From Balamuthia mandrillaris (Eukaryota): a stretch of 64,000 nucleotides of DNA. The stretch covers positions 62,001 through 126,000 of the forward strand of contig JAVKOQ020000041.1 in NCBI GenBank assembly GCA_031835245.2, in the 5' to 3' direction. The position numbers were made by a program, and so were the translations under genes. The stretch's first letter is position 1, and each line of letters begins with the position of its first letter. Below are positions 9,560 to 20,697 of this stretch, in pieces. The notes below the pieces were generated by a model that did not search any database, was not told the DNA's origin, and was given only the letters and a program-made list of their open reading frames with translations.

Positions 9560-9914
9560 GTACTGTCTATTGGACGGCCTCAAGGTGGAACGGCTCTTGT
9601 CTTTCGCTCTGCGACAACGATCGCCAGAACCGGAAACGGGACGCGCAGCACGGAGAGCAACAAAGGAGCGTGTTGGGTGTGTTCTTTGTTTGGCGGATGC
9701 AGAAGAGGAAGACGAGTCTCCGCTTCAACGTGTCGTCTTTTTGCCTTGCGGCCACCTTTGTTGTTGTTTGGTTCGTTGGTTCTTTTTTCTTTTTTCTTTT
9801 TTCTTTTTTTCTGATATTTTTTTTAAACAAAAAAAGGGTTGTGGCGAAAAGTTGAGACGATGTCCTCTGTGAAGAGCCGCGATAGAGCAACAAGTTCTCG
9901 TCTTTCTGCCTTAG
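9560..9914 (+). pseudogene. 3' remnant of a C3HC4 RING finger gene
   Basis: CVLC...VVFLPCGHLCCC, intron, then GCGEKLRRCPL*RAAIEQQVLVFLP*; TGA at 9870-9872 replaces the last Zn-ligand Cys; no 5' exons visible, since the viral island lies upstream. Confidence 0.65.
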
Positions 9915-9928
9915 CTTTCATCGCAAAC

Positions 9929-10005
<77 letters not shown>

Positions 10006-10086
10006 AAGAAGCAAGAAGCGCATAACGAAGAGAAAGATGTAAACTGTTATTCTTTGTACAGTGTTTGTTATTGTTGTATAAAAAGT

Positions 10087-13000
10087 TTATGAAGCAGTAA
10101 CGATTGTGGCGGCAGCCAGGGGAGAGGGGGTGTTGTTGTCGTTATCGTTGCTTTCACTTGCTTTCACTGATGGTGGTTGCTGTTGTTGTCTTTTCTCTCT
10201 TTCCAAGCGCTTCTGTCGTTCGCTTTTCATTATTTCTTTCCGTTTATCAAGAGCAGATGGTGTCGTTGTCTTGTTGCGAGTTGCTGCAGTCGTTGTTGTT
10301 GCTTTTGGTGTTGTTGTCGGTGTTGTGGAAGATGTTCTGGTTGCTGGCATTGTTGGCGTTGTTGGCGTTCCTCTTCTCGTTAGCGCTGTTCTTCTTGTTG
10401 CTGCTGCGGAAGAGGGAGTAGAGGAAGAAGAGGGGGATGGAGTGGAAGAAGAAGGACGGGTAAGCCGACCTCTTGTTGGTGGTAGTGTTGAAGTTGGACT
10501 TCGTTGCTGCGAAGATGAAGCAGATACTGCATTTCGAGTGGGGGACGAAGGAGATACAGAAGAAACACCACGTGGTGTTGGTGGAGAAAGCCTTCTCGCT
10601 GCGGTTGCTGTATTGGTGGCGGATGCTTTGTTCGTTGGTGCAACAGAACGGGGTGGTGGCGCTGTTCTTCTTGTTGTTGCTGTCGTTGTTCTTGAGGAAG
10701 AAGCAGCAGTAAGTCTATTTGGAGAAGCGCTGCGATTGGAAGGAACGGAAGAGACAGGGGCAGAATGAGGCGGAGAAGGAGCCCTTTGAGGGGCTGTCTT
10801 TCCAAAGCGAGTTGGCGAAGAGAGCTTTTGAGTGGAATTGTTTGTTGATATCGTTGTCCTTGTTGGAGAACGAGTTGTGCTTAAAGAAGAAGAAGCAGAA
10901 GAAGTGGTAGAAGAACGGGAAGGAGAAGAAGATCGCGGGGGAGTGGAAGCTTTTCTTCTTCCTAACACGGGAGAAGCTGCTCTTTTTGTCGTTGTCGTTG
11001 TTGTTGTTGAAACGGAGGAACGTTGTGGTGAAGCGGAGCGTTGTTGCACAGAGGTAGAAGCAGCAGAAGCAGAGCTTCGTGAAGTGGGGTTCAAACTTTG
11101 TGTTCTCCGTCTTCTTTCTGGCACTCGCTTCGTCTCTTTTCCATCTGTAGTTGTGGCTGTGGGAGTTCCACGACTATTGGATGTGGGCACCACGTTTGGC
11201 CTTTCTTGAATTTTAGCTGAGGCTTGTTTTCCTCGTCTTTCTTCCTTTGGAGGTGATGAAGGAGCAGTTGGAGCGTTGTTGTCTTCTTCAGTTCTGTTTT
11301 GTTGTGGGGCACTTTGTTGAGTTTGTACGGTCTCGTTTTGCTTATCTCCGTCCGCGTTATTGTTACTGACTTTCTCTTTCTCTTTCTCTTTCTCTTTCTC
11401 TTTCTCTTTCTCTTTCTCTTTCTCTTTCTCTTTCTCTTTCTCTTTCTCTTTCTCTTTCTCTTTCTCTTTCTCTTTCTCTTTCTCTTTCTCCGCCTTTTCT
11501 TGTTCCTCCTTCTCTTTCTCATCTTGCTTTGCTTTCTCCACTATCTTGCTTTCTCCTTCGTCAACTGTATCAGAAGAAGTTATGGTCGAAGATGCAGCGG
11601 TGAGCAATGAAATATCATCTGGAGTGATAGTATCGCTTTTGCTGCGTCGATGACCATATTGTTGTTGCTGTTGTTGTTCCACGACAACTGAAGAAGAGTC
11701 GCTTTGCTGTTGTTTTTGTGGGTTGTGAGAAGCGTCCAAGCTTCTGAAAAAGGAAGAAGGAAAGGAATAAGAAAGCGATCTTCCTTTCTTCTTCTTCACT
11801 CTTCGTTCCTCTTCTTTTCCATCTTCCATGGCTTGTTGTATGTTTTTCTCTTTCTTTTCTTTGTTGAAGCTTCGAAACTTGCTGCGAAGAGTGGTTGCGC
11901 TGAGAACTTTCCTCAGCACAGGAGAAGGGAGCGGAGGTGACGTACTCCTGTTACCTCCAATTTCCTCCGCTCCTCCTTCTTCCTTCTCTCGTTCGTCTTC
12001 AAGTTTATGTTCTGGCAAAGCAGATGAAGAGTGAAACTTTCGAGGAGCAAAAAACTTTCTCGGAGACTTCGAAGAAGCGGAGCCTCTTCGCTCAGGACGC
12101 GGAGATGACGTTGTAGTTGTCGTCGCTTTAGTAGACTTCGTGATTGGAGTGTCGTGCGATGAAGCAATTGAAGAAGTAGAAGGAGAAGGAAGAGGCGGAG
12201 AAGAAAAGCTGTTACGGCGACGAGAAGGAGCAATGGGAGAACTCGGACCGAACGTCTTTAACACTAGCTCCATCTCTCTTTGCTCCTTTGTGCTATTGTT
12301 GTTACTGGAACTGTTCTTTCCTCGCTCCTTCTCGATTGCACTCTGTATCTTTCTTTCTAACGCTTCCTTTCTTCTCCTCATCATCACTTCTTCATCCTCT
12401 CCCTCTTTGCCATTTCCGTTTCCATCTTCTTGTTCCGTCTCTGGCGTTCCGTCTTTCTTCATTCTTCTCTCCTCTCTCTCTTGGCTCTCCGCTTTGACTT
12501 TGTGCTTCAACTCGTGAATGCGAGCAAGAACGGCCTCTCGCTTGGCCAAGCCCTCCACAAGCTTGCTGCGCCTCTCCTCCCGCTGCTTCTCCACTTTGCG
12601 GCGCTGCTCCTCCTCAAGGCGGCGTCGCTGCCGCTCTCTCTCCAAGGAGCGCAGCCGCACGTTCTCCTTCCAGTCCGAAAGGCTCTTTTGGACGTGAGCA
12701 AGCCAGACCTTCATCCCTGCGTTCACTCTCCTTCTTCTTATCTTCCTTTTCGTTTGTACGTCGTCTTCCTTTCGACTTTGTTCTCTTTTTGTGTGTTCTT
12801 CTTCTCGCTTGTCGTTGGAAGAAGAAAGAGAAGAAAGAGAAGAAGAAGAAGAAGAAGAAGAAGAAGAAGAAGAAGAAAGAGAAGTAGGAAAGAAAGCAGA
12901 AGTAACTTGACGACGAGAGGAGAGGTGAGGCAGAGTGGGAGGACGGGGAGTGGGAGAGAGGCGACGCGACTCGATCAGCGCCTTTTCTATGAGAATGCGG

Positions 13001-13254
13001 AGCGGCGGGAGCAAGTGCCCGGCATTGCCACAGTCCAGAACCGTCGCCAGCGGCACGCAGCTCGTTGGGGTCGTCGTTGCAGCCGCTAAACTGCTGTTAT
13101 GATTGCTATGGTCCCCATTTCCCTTCATAAAGGCCTTTTTGTTAAGCGGTTGGTGTTCGTTTTGAGGAGGAGGATGGTTGTTGTTGCTGTTGCTGTTGGT
13201 AGAGGCAGTTGGGGAGGACGGCTTTTGTTGTTCCTCTCCTGAAACGCCCATCAT
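10087..13254 (-). CDS. Large low-complexity coiled-coil, Ser/Thr/Arg-rich hypothetical protein
   Basis: 1055-aa uninterrupted ORF; (EK)n tract encoded by a (TTTCTC)n repeat at ~11371-11490; many SP motifs. Confidence 0.7.
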   Translation of the reverse strand: MMGVSGEEQQKPSSPTASTNSNSNNNHPPPQNEHQPLNKKAFMKGNGDHSNHNSSLAAATTTPTSCVPLATVLDCGNAGHLLPPLRILIEKALIESRRLSPTPRPPTLPHLSSRRQVTSAFFPTSLSSSSSSSSSSSSSLSSLSSSNDKREEEHTKREQSRKEDDVQTKRKIRRRRVNAGMKVWLAHVQKSLSDWKENVRLRSLERERQRRRLEEEQRRKVEKQREERRSKLVEGLAKREAVLARIHELKHKVKAESQEREERRMKKDGTPETEQEDGNGNGKEGEDEEVMMRRRKEALERKIQSAIEKERGKNSSSNNNSTKEQREMELVLKTFGPSSPIAPSRRRNSFSSPPLPSPSTSSIASSHDTPITKSTKATTTTTSSPRPERRGSASSKSPRKFFAPRKFHSSSALPEHKLEDEREKEEGGAEEIGGNRSTSPPLPSPVLRKVLSATTLRSKFRSFNKEKKEKNIQQAMEDGKEEERRVKKKKGRSLSYSFPSSFFRSLDASHNPQKQQQSDSSSVVVEQQQQQQYGHRRSKSDTITPDDISLLTAASSTITSSDTVDEGESKIVEKAKQDEKEKEEQEKAEKEKEKEKEKEKEKEKEKEKEKEKEKEKEKEKEKEKEKEKVSNNNADGDKQNETVQTQQSAPQQNRTEEDNNAPTAPSSPPKEERRGKQASAKIQERPNVVPTSNSRGTPTATTTDGKETKRVPERRRRTQSLNPTSRSSASAASTSVQQRSASPQRSSVSTTTTTTTKRAASPVLGRRKASTPPRSSSPSRSSTTSSASSSLSTTRSPTRTTISTNNSTQKLSSPTRFGKTAPQRAPSPPHSAPVSSVPSNRSASPNRLTAASSSRTTTATTRRTAPPPRSVAPTNKASATNTATAARRLSPPTPRGVSSVSPSSPTRNAVSASSSQQRSPTSTLPPTRGRLTRPSSSTPSPSSSSTPSSAAATRRTALTRRGTPTTPTMPATRTSSTTPTTTPKATTTTAATRNKTTTPSALDKRKEIMKSERQKRLEREKRQQQQPPSVKASESNDNDNNTPSPLAAATIVTAS

Positions 13255-13500
13255 GGGTCAAAGACCTAATGCTATTTTTTTTTTTTTAAAACAAAGAGGA
13301 AACACCGACGTTCCTTTCCTTTCTTCTTTGTCAAATTTTTCTGCTTTTGGGATTTCATGAGATTTTGGCCGTTACGATGTTAAACTTTCCCATATATAGA
13401 TATATTTAATGATTAACCTTACGTCAACTACCCTTTTTATGGTTAAATTTAATGAAAATTTAATTAGTATTTCTTAAAATTATACAGGAAACCTACCGCT

Positions 13501-14712
13501 ATGACAGACCAAAAAGAAAGGAGGCCAGGGGACGACGCGCCGATGAATAGCAAACATGAACTCCGTTTCGTATTGTACGAAATCTTGTTACGTTCGGGCT
13601 ACGCCAAAGCGGCCTCCTTCCTGCTATCCGCTGAAGAAGAAGCCTCCTCCTCCTCGTTCTCCTCTTCGGCTTCTCCCAAGCTGCACCTCCCATTGCCTCA
13701 AACCGTAGACGAATGGGTTCACGTTCTCTCCGTTGGACCTCCCGCTTCTTCCTCTACCCCTTCTGCACCTTTCTTGACGATCAACAATAACAACAAACCC
13801 ACCGGCAACAGCCCACGTTCCAAAAGCTGCTTTGCGCTTCGCTCTGGCAGCAAGGTGTGCGCTGGCTTGCTTCCCAATCCCTTCAAGCCTGACCTTTGTG
13901 CGCGATGCCAAAGACCCAAAGCCGCTCATCCGCCGGTGGAAGAAGCAACACCTGCTGCTTCCACCTCTTCTTCTTCCCTAACTACTCTGCAAGTCAATGC
14001 ACCCAAGGCTGAGCCGGTGGTTCAACCTCCCAAACAACCTACCTCTCCTCGCTCTTCTTCTTTTCCTTCATTTTCTGTTTCATCTTCTGCTCCAAGTTCT
14101 TCTTCTTCCTCATCTTCATCTTCATCATCATTTGCAACTTTTCCGCAAAGACTTGCACCCACAACCAGCACAAGGATCAAAAACCTCTCAATGATTTGGG
14201 AAGCTCCCGCTTCTTCTACCTCTGCTCATCCAGTCACAACAACTTCTTCCTCCTCCTCTTCTTCTTCCTCATCTTCCTCCTCTTCAGCAAAAAGCAACTC
14301 GAAGCAAAAGAGGATCATTTGGTGTCCAGCTGCAGATTGTGTTGTTCCGCTTTCAGTTGACGAAAGCTCCGTTGACGTCGTTCAATGTTTCCATTGCGAT
14401 GCTCTTGTTTGTGTTAAACACGAAGAAGTTCGGCGAAAAGCAATGAAAAAAGAAAAAGAAGCAGAAGCAAACGAAAAAACACAAGAGGAAGAAAAAGCAG
14501 ATCGAAAGTTTTGTTGCGTCGGTGAGGAACGAGCGTGGGGTGAGACAAACATCACCACCAAACCTTGTCCTAGCTGTAACGCTACTATGGAGAACAACGG
14601 AGGGTGCAGGCACATGACATGTTCTGGCTGTGGCCATGAGTTCTTCTGGTGCTGTTTGAGAGCTTATAGAGATAGAGATGAAGCGCGTGCGCATATGCGT
14701 GAATGTCACTGA
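13501..14712 (+). CDS. IBR/Rcat (RBR-type) zinc-finger protein, putative E3 ligase-like
   Basis: WCPAADC...VQCFHCDALVCVKH (IBR-like) and TKPCPSCNATMENNGGCRHMTCSGCGHEFFWCCL (Rcat/RING2 with GGC.HM motif); N-terminal C..L.PNPFKPDLCARC...H finger. Confidence 0.75.
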   Translation: MTDQKERRPGDDAPMNSKHELRFVLYEILLRSGYAKAASFLLSAEEEASSSSFSSSASPKLHLPLPQTVDEWVHVLSVGPPASSSTPSAPFLTINNNNKPTGNSPRSKSCFALRSGSKVCAGLLPNPFKPDLCARCQRPKAAHPPVEEATPAASTSSSSLTTLQVNAPKAEPVVQPPKQPTSPRSSSFPSFSVSSSAPSSSSSSSSSSSSFATFPQRLAPTTSTRIKNLSMIWEAPASSTSAHPVTTTSSSSSSSSSSSSSSAKSNSKQKRIIWCPAADCVVPLSVDESSVDVVQCFHCDALVCVKHEEVRRKAMKKEKEAEANEKTQEEEKADRKFCCVGEERAWGETNITTKPCPSCNATMENNGGCRHMTCSGCGHEFFWCCLRAYRDRDEARAHMRECH

Positions 14713-14781
14713 CAACAACAAAGGTGGGGATGAATAAAAACAAATGAAAATGAATTTTAAAAACAAAAACTTACAAAAGGA

Positions 14782-15748
14782 TCAGTCAAGGTTCGCTTCG
14801 CACTCTTTGTCGTAGTCTGAAGGGATCATTCGCTCCGCTCGTGCTTTGTACTCGTCAAACGGGCTCAGCACCATTCGTTCCGTCACTATCGTCAGCATGT
14901 CGTTATCATTACCATCTTGCTTTTTCTTCTCTTCCTGTTCTACGATCACTTGGGCCAACACATATTTTCCACGAGTTGGAATGCGAGTAGCTTTCTCTTG
15001 TTTGCGAATGGTCTCTCGTTCGAGTTGTTGTTCGTGAGCTTTTGCTTCTTGCTTCCGTTTTTTCTTTTCTTTCTTTTCTCGCTTCGTCATTTGTTCTTCT
15101 GTCTCTACTTCCTCTTCTTTCTTATGCTCTGCATTCTGTTCTTGTTGTTCTACCTTCTCCGTTTCCTGTTCTTCTTTCTTTGCTTCTTTTCCATTTTCTC
15201 CATATTGTTGATGAGCAGAAGAGGAAGCATGATAACTGTCTATCAAGTATTCGTCTGGTTCGTTTCCTCCAAGCAACATATCCTTTCCGTTGTACACAAA
15301 ACGCACCCAGTACTTTCCTTTGGCATCCACAAAAGTCTCAATAACAATGGCAGAAGCCATAGGAGGCTGTCTTCCATCAAACACTCGAAACGCGCTCAAA
15401 AACGGACTGAGAGTGTTGTCATGCCCCGAATAAAGCAAAAACTTCTTCTGTCTTTCAGTTGCTCCTTCTTCAGCAGTTTCTGGTTCAACAACGCGTTGTG
15501 CATGATGGAGAACGTCCTGAACGAAACGACCGATGCCCAAACGACAAACTCGTTCTTGTTCGAATTTGAGAAGAGTGTGCCAATCAGCTTCTTCGCGCAC
15601 GCGTTGTGCCATTTCCAACGTTAATCCTGGTGGAAATTCATGCCCGTGTGCTTGCATGCTTTGGAGCGTGCTGTTGAGTGCTGACCACGAGTTCACCGTT
15701 TTGTCTAACGCAGCCTCCAATTGTTTCTAATGAAACACAGAATGAGAT

Positions 15749-15790
<42 letters not shown>

Positions 15791-17045
15791 AGAGAAGAGA
15801 ACAATGAAGAGAAGAGAACAATGAAGAGAAGAGAACGATGAAGAGAAGAGAACGATGAAGAGAAGAGAACAATGCCTTCCAGGTGACATGCTCGACAGAG
15901 CGCTGGACAGAAGCTTTGCTCTCTCTAGTCTGTTTAATCCACTTAGTGAGATTGGCACAGCCAGAGCGAGGATACATATTCTCCATCCTACTTTCAATCA
16001 TATGGATAGTCATCATGCCTCCCTTTCAAACAAAATGAACGTCAAAATACCGTAACACAATCGAAAGAGATAGGAGCAAAGAAAACATCGAAGCCTGCGA
16101 AAAGACAACGAAGCGAACGAAAGCAAGAAAGGAGGAAATACTTTGCCAGATGGACGAGTCCATGGAGGATAAAGACCCCAAAGAAGGCTCTGGGCAGATT
16201 CGAACGTGCGGTTGGTTGCTGTGCTGCGCAGGTAGAGGTCTTTCTTGTGTAACTGTGGCGACAAGAACCGCAACCGCTCCACGTATCGCTCCCTCATCTT
16301 TTCTCCTGATAAGAGAAAGACACGGTAAGTTGAACGCTGCTCTTGGGAGGATGACAGAGAAACAGAGAGAAAGAAAGAAAGAGCGAGAAAGAGGGTTGCT
16401 AGAGAGCAGAGCAAGAGAGAGGAGAGTTGAAAAGCACGATGAGCACAAACCAAGTTCTTTCATTTGCAAGAGGCCCTCCGAGGTGAGTTGTCCCATGTGA
16501 CAGTTGCCGCGCAGCTTCTGTCTTCCCTCCTCGTACTTCCTCCTGTAGAGGTGGTGCAAAGGGACAACGTCCTCCAAAAACGCATTCTTCTCTCTGTTGT
16601 GCAGCAGTTCCAGTCGCGGCTCCTCCTGCTCTTCTTCTTCCTTCTTCTTCTCTCCTTCTGTCGCTTGTGGAGCAGAAGCAGCAGAGGTGTTGAGAGTCAA
16701 GACCGAAAGTTGCTCATGAGGACAACGCCAAACAGAAGTTTTGTCAGCGGGGATGGTGGAGATGGGCGTGCGAAGGCCATGCCTGGTGATGACTTGCACC
16801 AGCTCAAGGCGCAGGGGCATCGTTGGCCCATCTTCTCCTTCCTCTTGTTTGTGGCTGCTGCTGACATGTTCATCACTTTCATGCGGGGAGGTAGGGGCAG
16901 CGGCACAGAAAAACGTAGCAGAAGGACCTCTGAGGAGAGAGAACGGCTGTTCTCTGGTGTCTGTTGTTGACCGCCACCACTCGCCAGCAACGCACGCCGT
17001 TGTGCCGGCACAAAGGCTTGCCTGCAGAAACACCCAGCGCTTCAT
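14782..17045 (-). CDS. Histidine acid phosphatase (His_Phos_2), ACP6/lysophosphatidic acid phosphatase-like, spliced
   Basis: RHGLRTP catalytic motif, GQLT..G..QM..LG, LRST...RT.ESAQSLL.GLYP, LYSGHDNTL, PPMAS.IVIE; introns at ~16307-16450, ~16020-16138 and ~15727-15874. Confidence 0.9.
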
Positions 17046-17225
17046 TCTTCTGTCTTCTCGTTTCTGGCAGCTTCTTTCACTGAACAAAAGGTGCTTAAAA
17101 GTTGAACAAATTGAGCACCTTTACACACGAATATATTTCAAAGCGCCAATCAAAAATCAAAAATATTTATGTCGACGTTTAGACATTTCATGACGTCTTG
17201 AGAAGTAGGGTTTATTGTCGACATT

Positions 17226-18804
17226 TCATAACCCTTCTTCTGTTTCTTGATCGCTCAGCTGTAGAAGAGGTTTCTCGTCGTCCTCGTTTCTTTGTGCTGA
17301 GTCGTTCTTTCCTATCCGGTCGTCACCCTTTCTTTGTTGTTCAAGCCCAAGCCCCACAGACTCCTCATCTCTCCCTTCCAGTTCATCCATAACCACCACA
17401 CTGGTCATCTCCAATGCAGCATTCTCCAACAAAGTTTCTCCTTCCATCTTTGTTGTTGTCGTTATGTCCGCCGTTGTCATCGTTGTCGCTTTGCTGGCCG
17501 CTGCTTCTCTCATCTTTGCCCAAGTGACCACAAACAAGCCCACCAAAATGATCACCGCGCCGAAACCCTGTCTCAAACCAAAGCTCTCTCCCAACCAAAA
17601 TCCAGCCATCACTGCCGTCATCAACAGCTCCAAAGGAATGTACACCGCTAGCGTCACCGGTGAGGCGTACTGCAACACCCAAATCATGAGCAGGTAAGGC
17701 ATCGCCGTGCCCAACAGTATTGCCACCACCAACATCACCCACAGTTGCACTCGCTCCTCCCGATTGTCGCCTTCGAACAGAGTGGAGAAGAGGTCGCTCC
17801 ATTCCTGTTGAAGGAAAGGAACGGAGGGAAGAACGAAGAGGCCGGTCAAGAAGAACATCCAAAAGGTAACGCCGCAGGAGGGTAAGTCCTTGGTCATGGG
17901 TTTGACCCAGATGAGGTAGATGGAGAAGATGAAGGTCTGGAGAAGAATGATCGCATCGCCGATGAGAGTGCTGCCGGAGAGAGTGTACTGCTCCACACGA
18001 AGCATGATGAGGGCGCCGATGATGGCAGTGCCTACTCCAAGAAACTTGAGTAACGTCTTTGGCTCTCCACGAAACAAACAGCAAATTACGGTTGTCCAAA
18101 TCTGTTGGTGAAGCGCAGAGAAAGAAAGAGTGAGCATCAGCATCAGCATCAGCAGAGGAGCAAGAAGAAGAAGAAGAAGAAGAAGAAGAAGAAGAAGAAG
18201 AAGAAGAAGAAAAAAGGCAGAGGAGCAAGCACAAGAAGAAGAACAGGTAAGCACATGCACAAGAACCAAAGGAACGGAGAAGAAAAAAAATAAAGCATAC
18301 CGGAATGGAGAGATAAATAGTGGCAGCATTGGTGGCGGTGGTGTTCTGCAGGCCCCAAACGTAGGTCGACTGGTTGAGGAACATGCCAAAGAAACTGACC
18401 ACCAGCATGGTCACCACGTTGCGTCTCTCCAAAAAGACCGCCATGCTCCTTGCCCCGCTCCCCTCAAGGAAGAAGAAGGCCAGGAGCATGAGCGGCAAGG
18501 GCAGCCACATGCGCAGCAGCATGAAGACCATCGGGTGGAAGGAGGAGAGGCTCAGCTTGCCGCTGACGTTCATCACCGCAAAGCCCAGCTGGACGAGCAC
18601 GATGGAGAGGTTGACCAGGAGGGGGCGCGCACGGAGGCAGAGCTGCTGCCAAGGGAGGGACGGAGAGGGCGAGGAGAGGTCATGGGTGGAGTGGAGTTGT
18701 TTGGAGTAGGCAGAGGAGGCAGAGAAGCAACTCCGCAAGAAGCGGGTGGGAGCGGAGAAGGAGCGGGAGGTGGTGGAGGTGTGCGTCAAGCCCTCCTCCT
18801 CCAT
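17226..18804 (-). CDS. EamA/DMT (WAT1-like) transporter, 2 exons
   Basis: About 10 hydrophobic helices, NQSTYVWGLQNTTATNAATI and GE.FG.RQ.FGA.IIL.GL motifs; intron ~18104-18300 contains a TTC microsatellite. Confidence 0.85.
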
Positions 18805-19297
18805 TTTTTTTTTGGTTGTGCTGTAACGTTTTTTTTTTGTGGGTGTTATAGCACCTTAAAGATTGGGCGACATCCTAAAAATCAGATTCGATTTTAAGGT
18901 GCCTCCATCTGTTTTTTGCCGTTCTACCAATTTAAGGTGGATGTTTGAAAAAGGAATGATTTCTACACGTGAAGAAAGAAATTTCACAAACAGAAAGAGA
19001 AAGCTGACGTCAGTATATCACATTTAAAGAAAAAATGATATCAGCGTTTCGCTTTAAAAGGAAAGCGGGAATTTACGGGTAATTATGGTGGATTATAAAA
19101 TTAACAGCAGAAAAAAGAAAAAGAAGGTAATGACAGGAGACGAAAGTGAAGCACGTTCCGCAATACGTATTCATCCGTTTCATTTCTCACCGGTCACTTG
19201 GTCCTCGCGACAAAGAAGAGCTTCTCTTTGCGCGCAGATGCAAAGATTGAACGTACGCAACACACCTTGCAAATTTTGGCCATCTGTTTAAGAGGAA

Positions 19298-20658
19298 ATG
19301 AGAGCGTCATCATCCATCAGCCATCGGTCTTCCGCGTTGGGGTGCTTCTTCTTGTTCTTCCTTCTGCTTCAACACGACCCCAACCTCTCCGTGGCTGCGC
19401 AAGAAGTGCAAGTAGAAAGCGGACAAGTCATCAACGGCACCGTCGGAGATGGGATCAGTTATTCGCTTACCGCTCAAGGTTTATTCTTTATTTTGTTTGT
19501 GGGCTTTTTTCCAACTCAAAAACTAAAACATTCCACACAGATGGTTTGTTGTTGGATGTTGTGCTGGAAGTGGCCGATCCAACGACATTTGTTCAGGCTC
19601 ACATCACGGACCAAAACTTTCGCTACATCTTTGACGTTGCCGCTCCGCCAGTGTAAATCCCTCTCTGCGCTTCGTCTCTTCTCTCGTTCACTGCTTCTCT
19701 GCTTCTCCGCTTCTCTTCTCTACTTCACTTCTCCTCTCTTCTTCTCGCTCTCCTCGCTCTCTTTTCTCTCTTTTGCTCATATGTCTCAACAACACAACAG
19801 CGTGGAGGACGCTCCGCCCAATATAACGGTCTCGGAGGTGTCGTTGTGCAGCCATGCTGGTTCACCGATCACCCTCTACCGGTTCCAGTTTTTCGGAACG
19901 CCGTCAGCGAGTTACACGTTCTACCCTCAGCTTTTGGACGTCTCTTTGCAGGAAGGCGAGAAGCGGATAGGCTATGCCTCCGCACTCAACACCAGCTTCT
20001 TCTATTTCGATGTGACGAGGACGGACGCTCCTCTCCAGGTCACTGTCAGCTCGGACAGCGATGAGCCGGCCATCTTGGAGGCTCAGTTTGAGGGATGCCC
20101 TGAACAGCTTTACTCACCACTTGGTTAGTGGCTCTTCTGAATTCTTCTTCTTCTTCTTCTTCCTCTGCTTCTTCTTCTTCTTCTATCTCTTCGTATCTCA
20201 TGCTTTCTCCCTCTTCAGACTTGGACGAAAAACCAGACAAAGGAGATGCTTATCTCACTTTCTCCACTCAGGCTCGGCTCACGGTTGCCAAGTTCAGACC
20301 GGAACTCAAAAAGGGGCGTTGGTTCTTCGGCGTAACTAAACAGTCCTCTTCCTCCTCCCCAACAACTGCCAAATCTTTTTCCATCCAAGTGGAATATGGC
20401 TTGGATTACAGTTCGTACTATTCACGAACGTTGGTCCTTCTTTTCATCTTTCCTGTTGCATGCGTGCTGCTCTGCTCTGTCTCGTTGGCTTTGGTCATCT
20501 TTCTTAACAAAAGTGGATGGTTGGACAAATGGTCGAAGAAGTATCACTCGAAGCTAAAAGAGCTTCCCTTGAACCCGCCAGAGTGGAACTATGTGCCCTA
20601 TATCATTCTGTGTGGATGCTTTTATGTCATTCCAGCCGTTCAAGTTGTCTCAAGGTTT

Positions 20659-20697
<39 letters not shown>

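Noticed and set aside
5280..9560. TIRs, TSD, capsid or pPolB genes for the viral island
   Set aside because: None found by eye. Both ends cut through genes, so the original termini are missing and the element cannot be called complete or assigned to a precise family.
9470..9570. Spliced viral ATPase-host RING chimeric protein
   Set aside because: The best donors (e.g. CAG|GTCAGA at 9484) are phase 0, whereas the RING exon needs phase 2; both partners are also disrupted.
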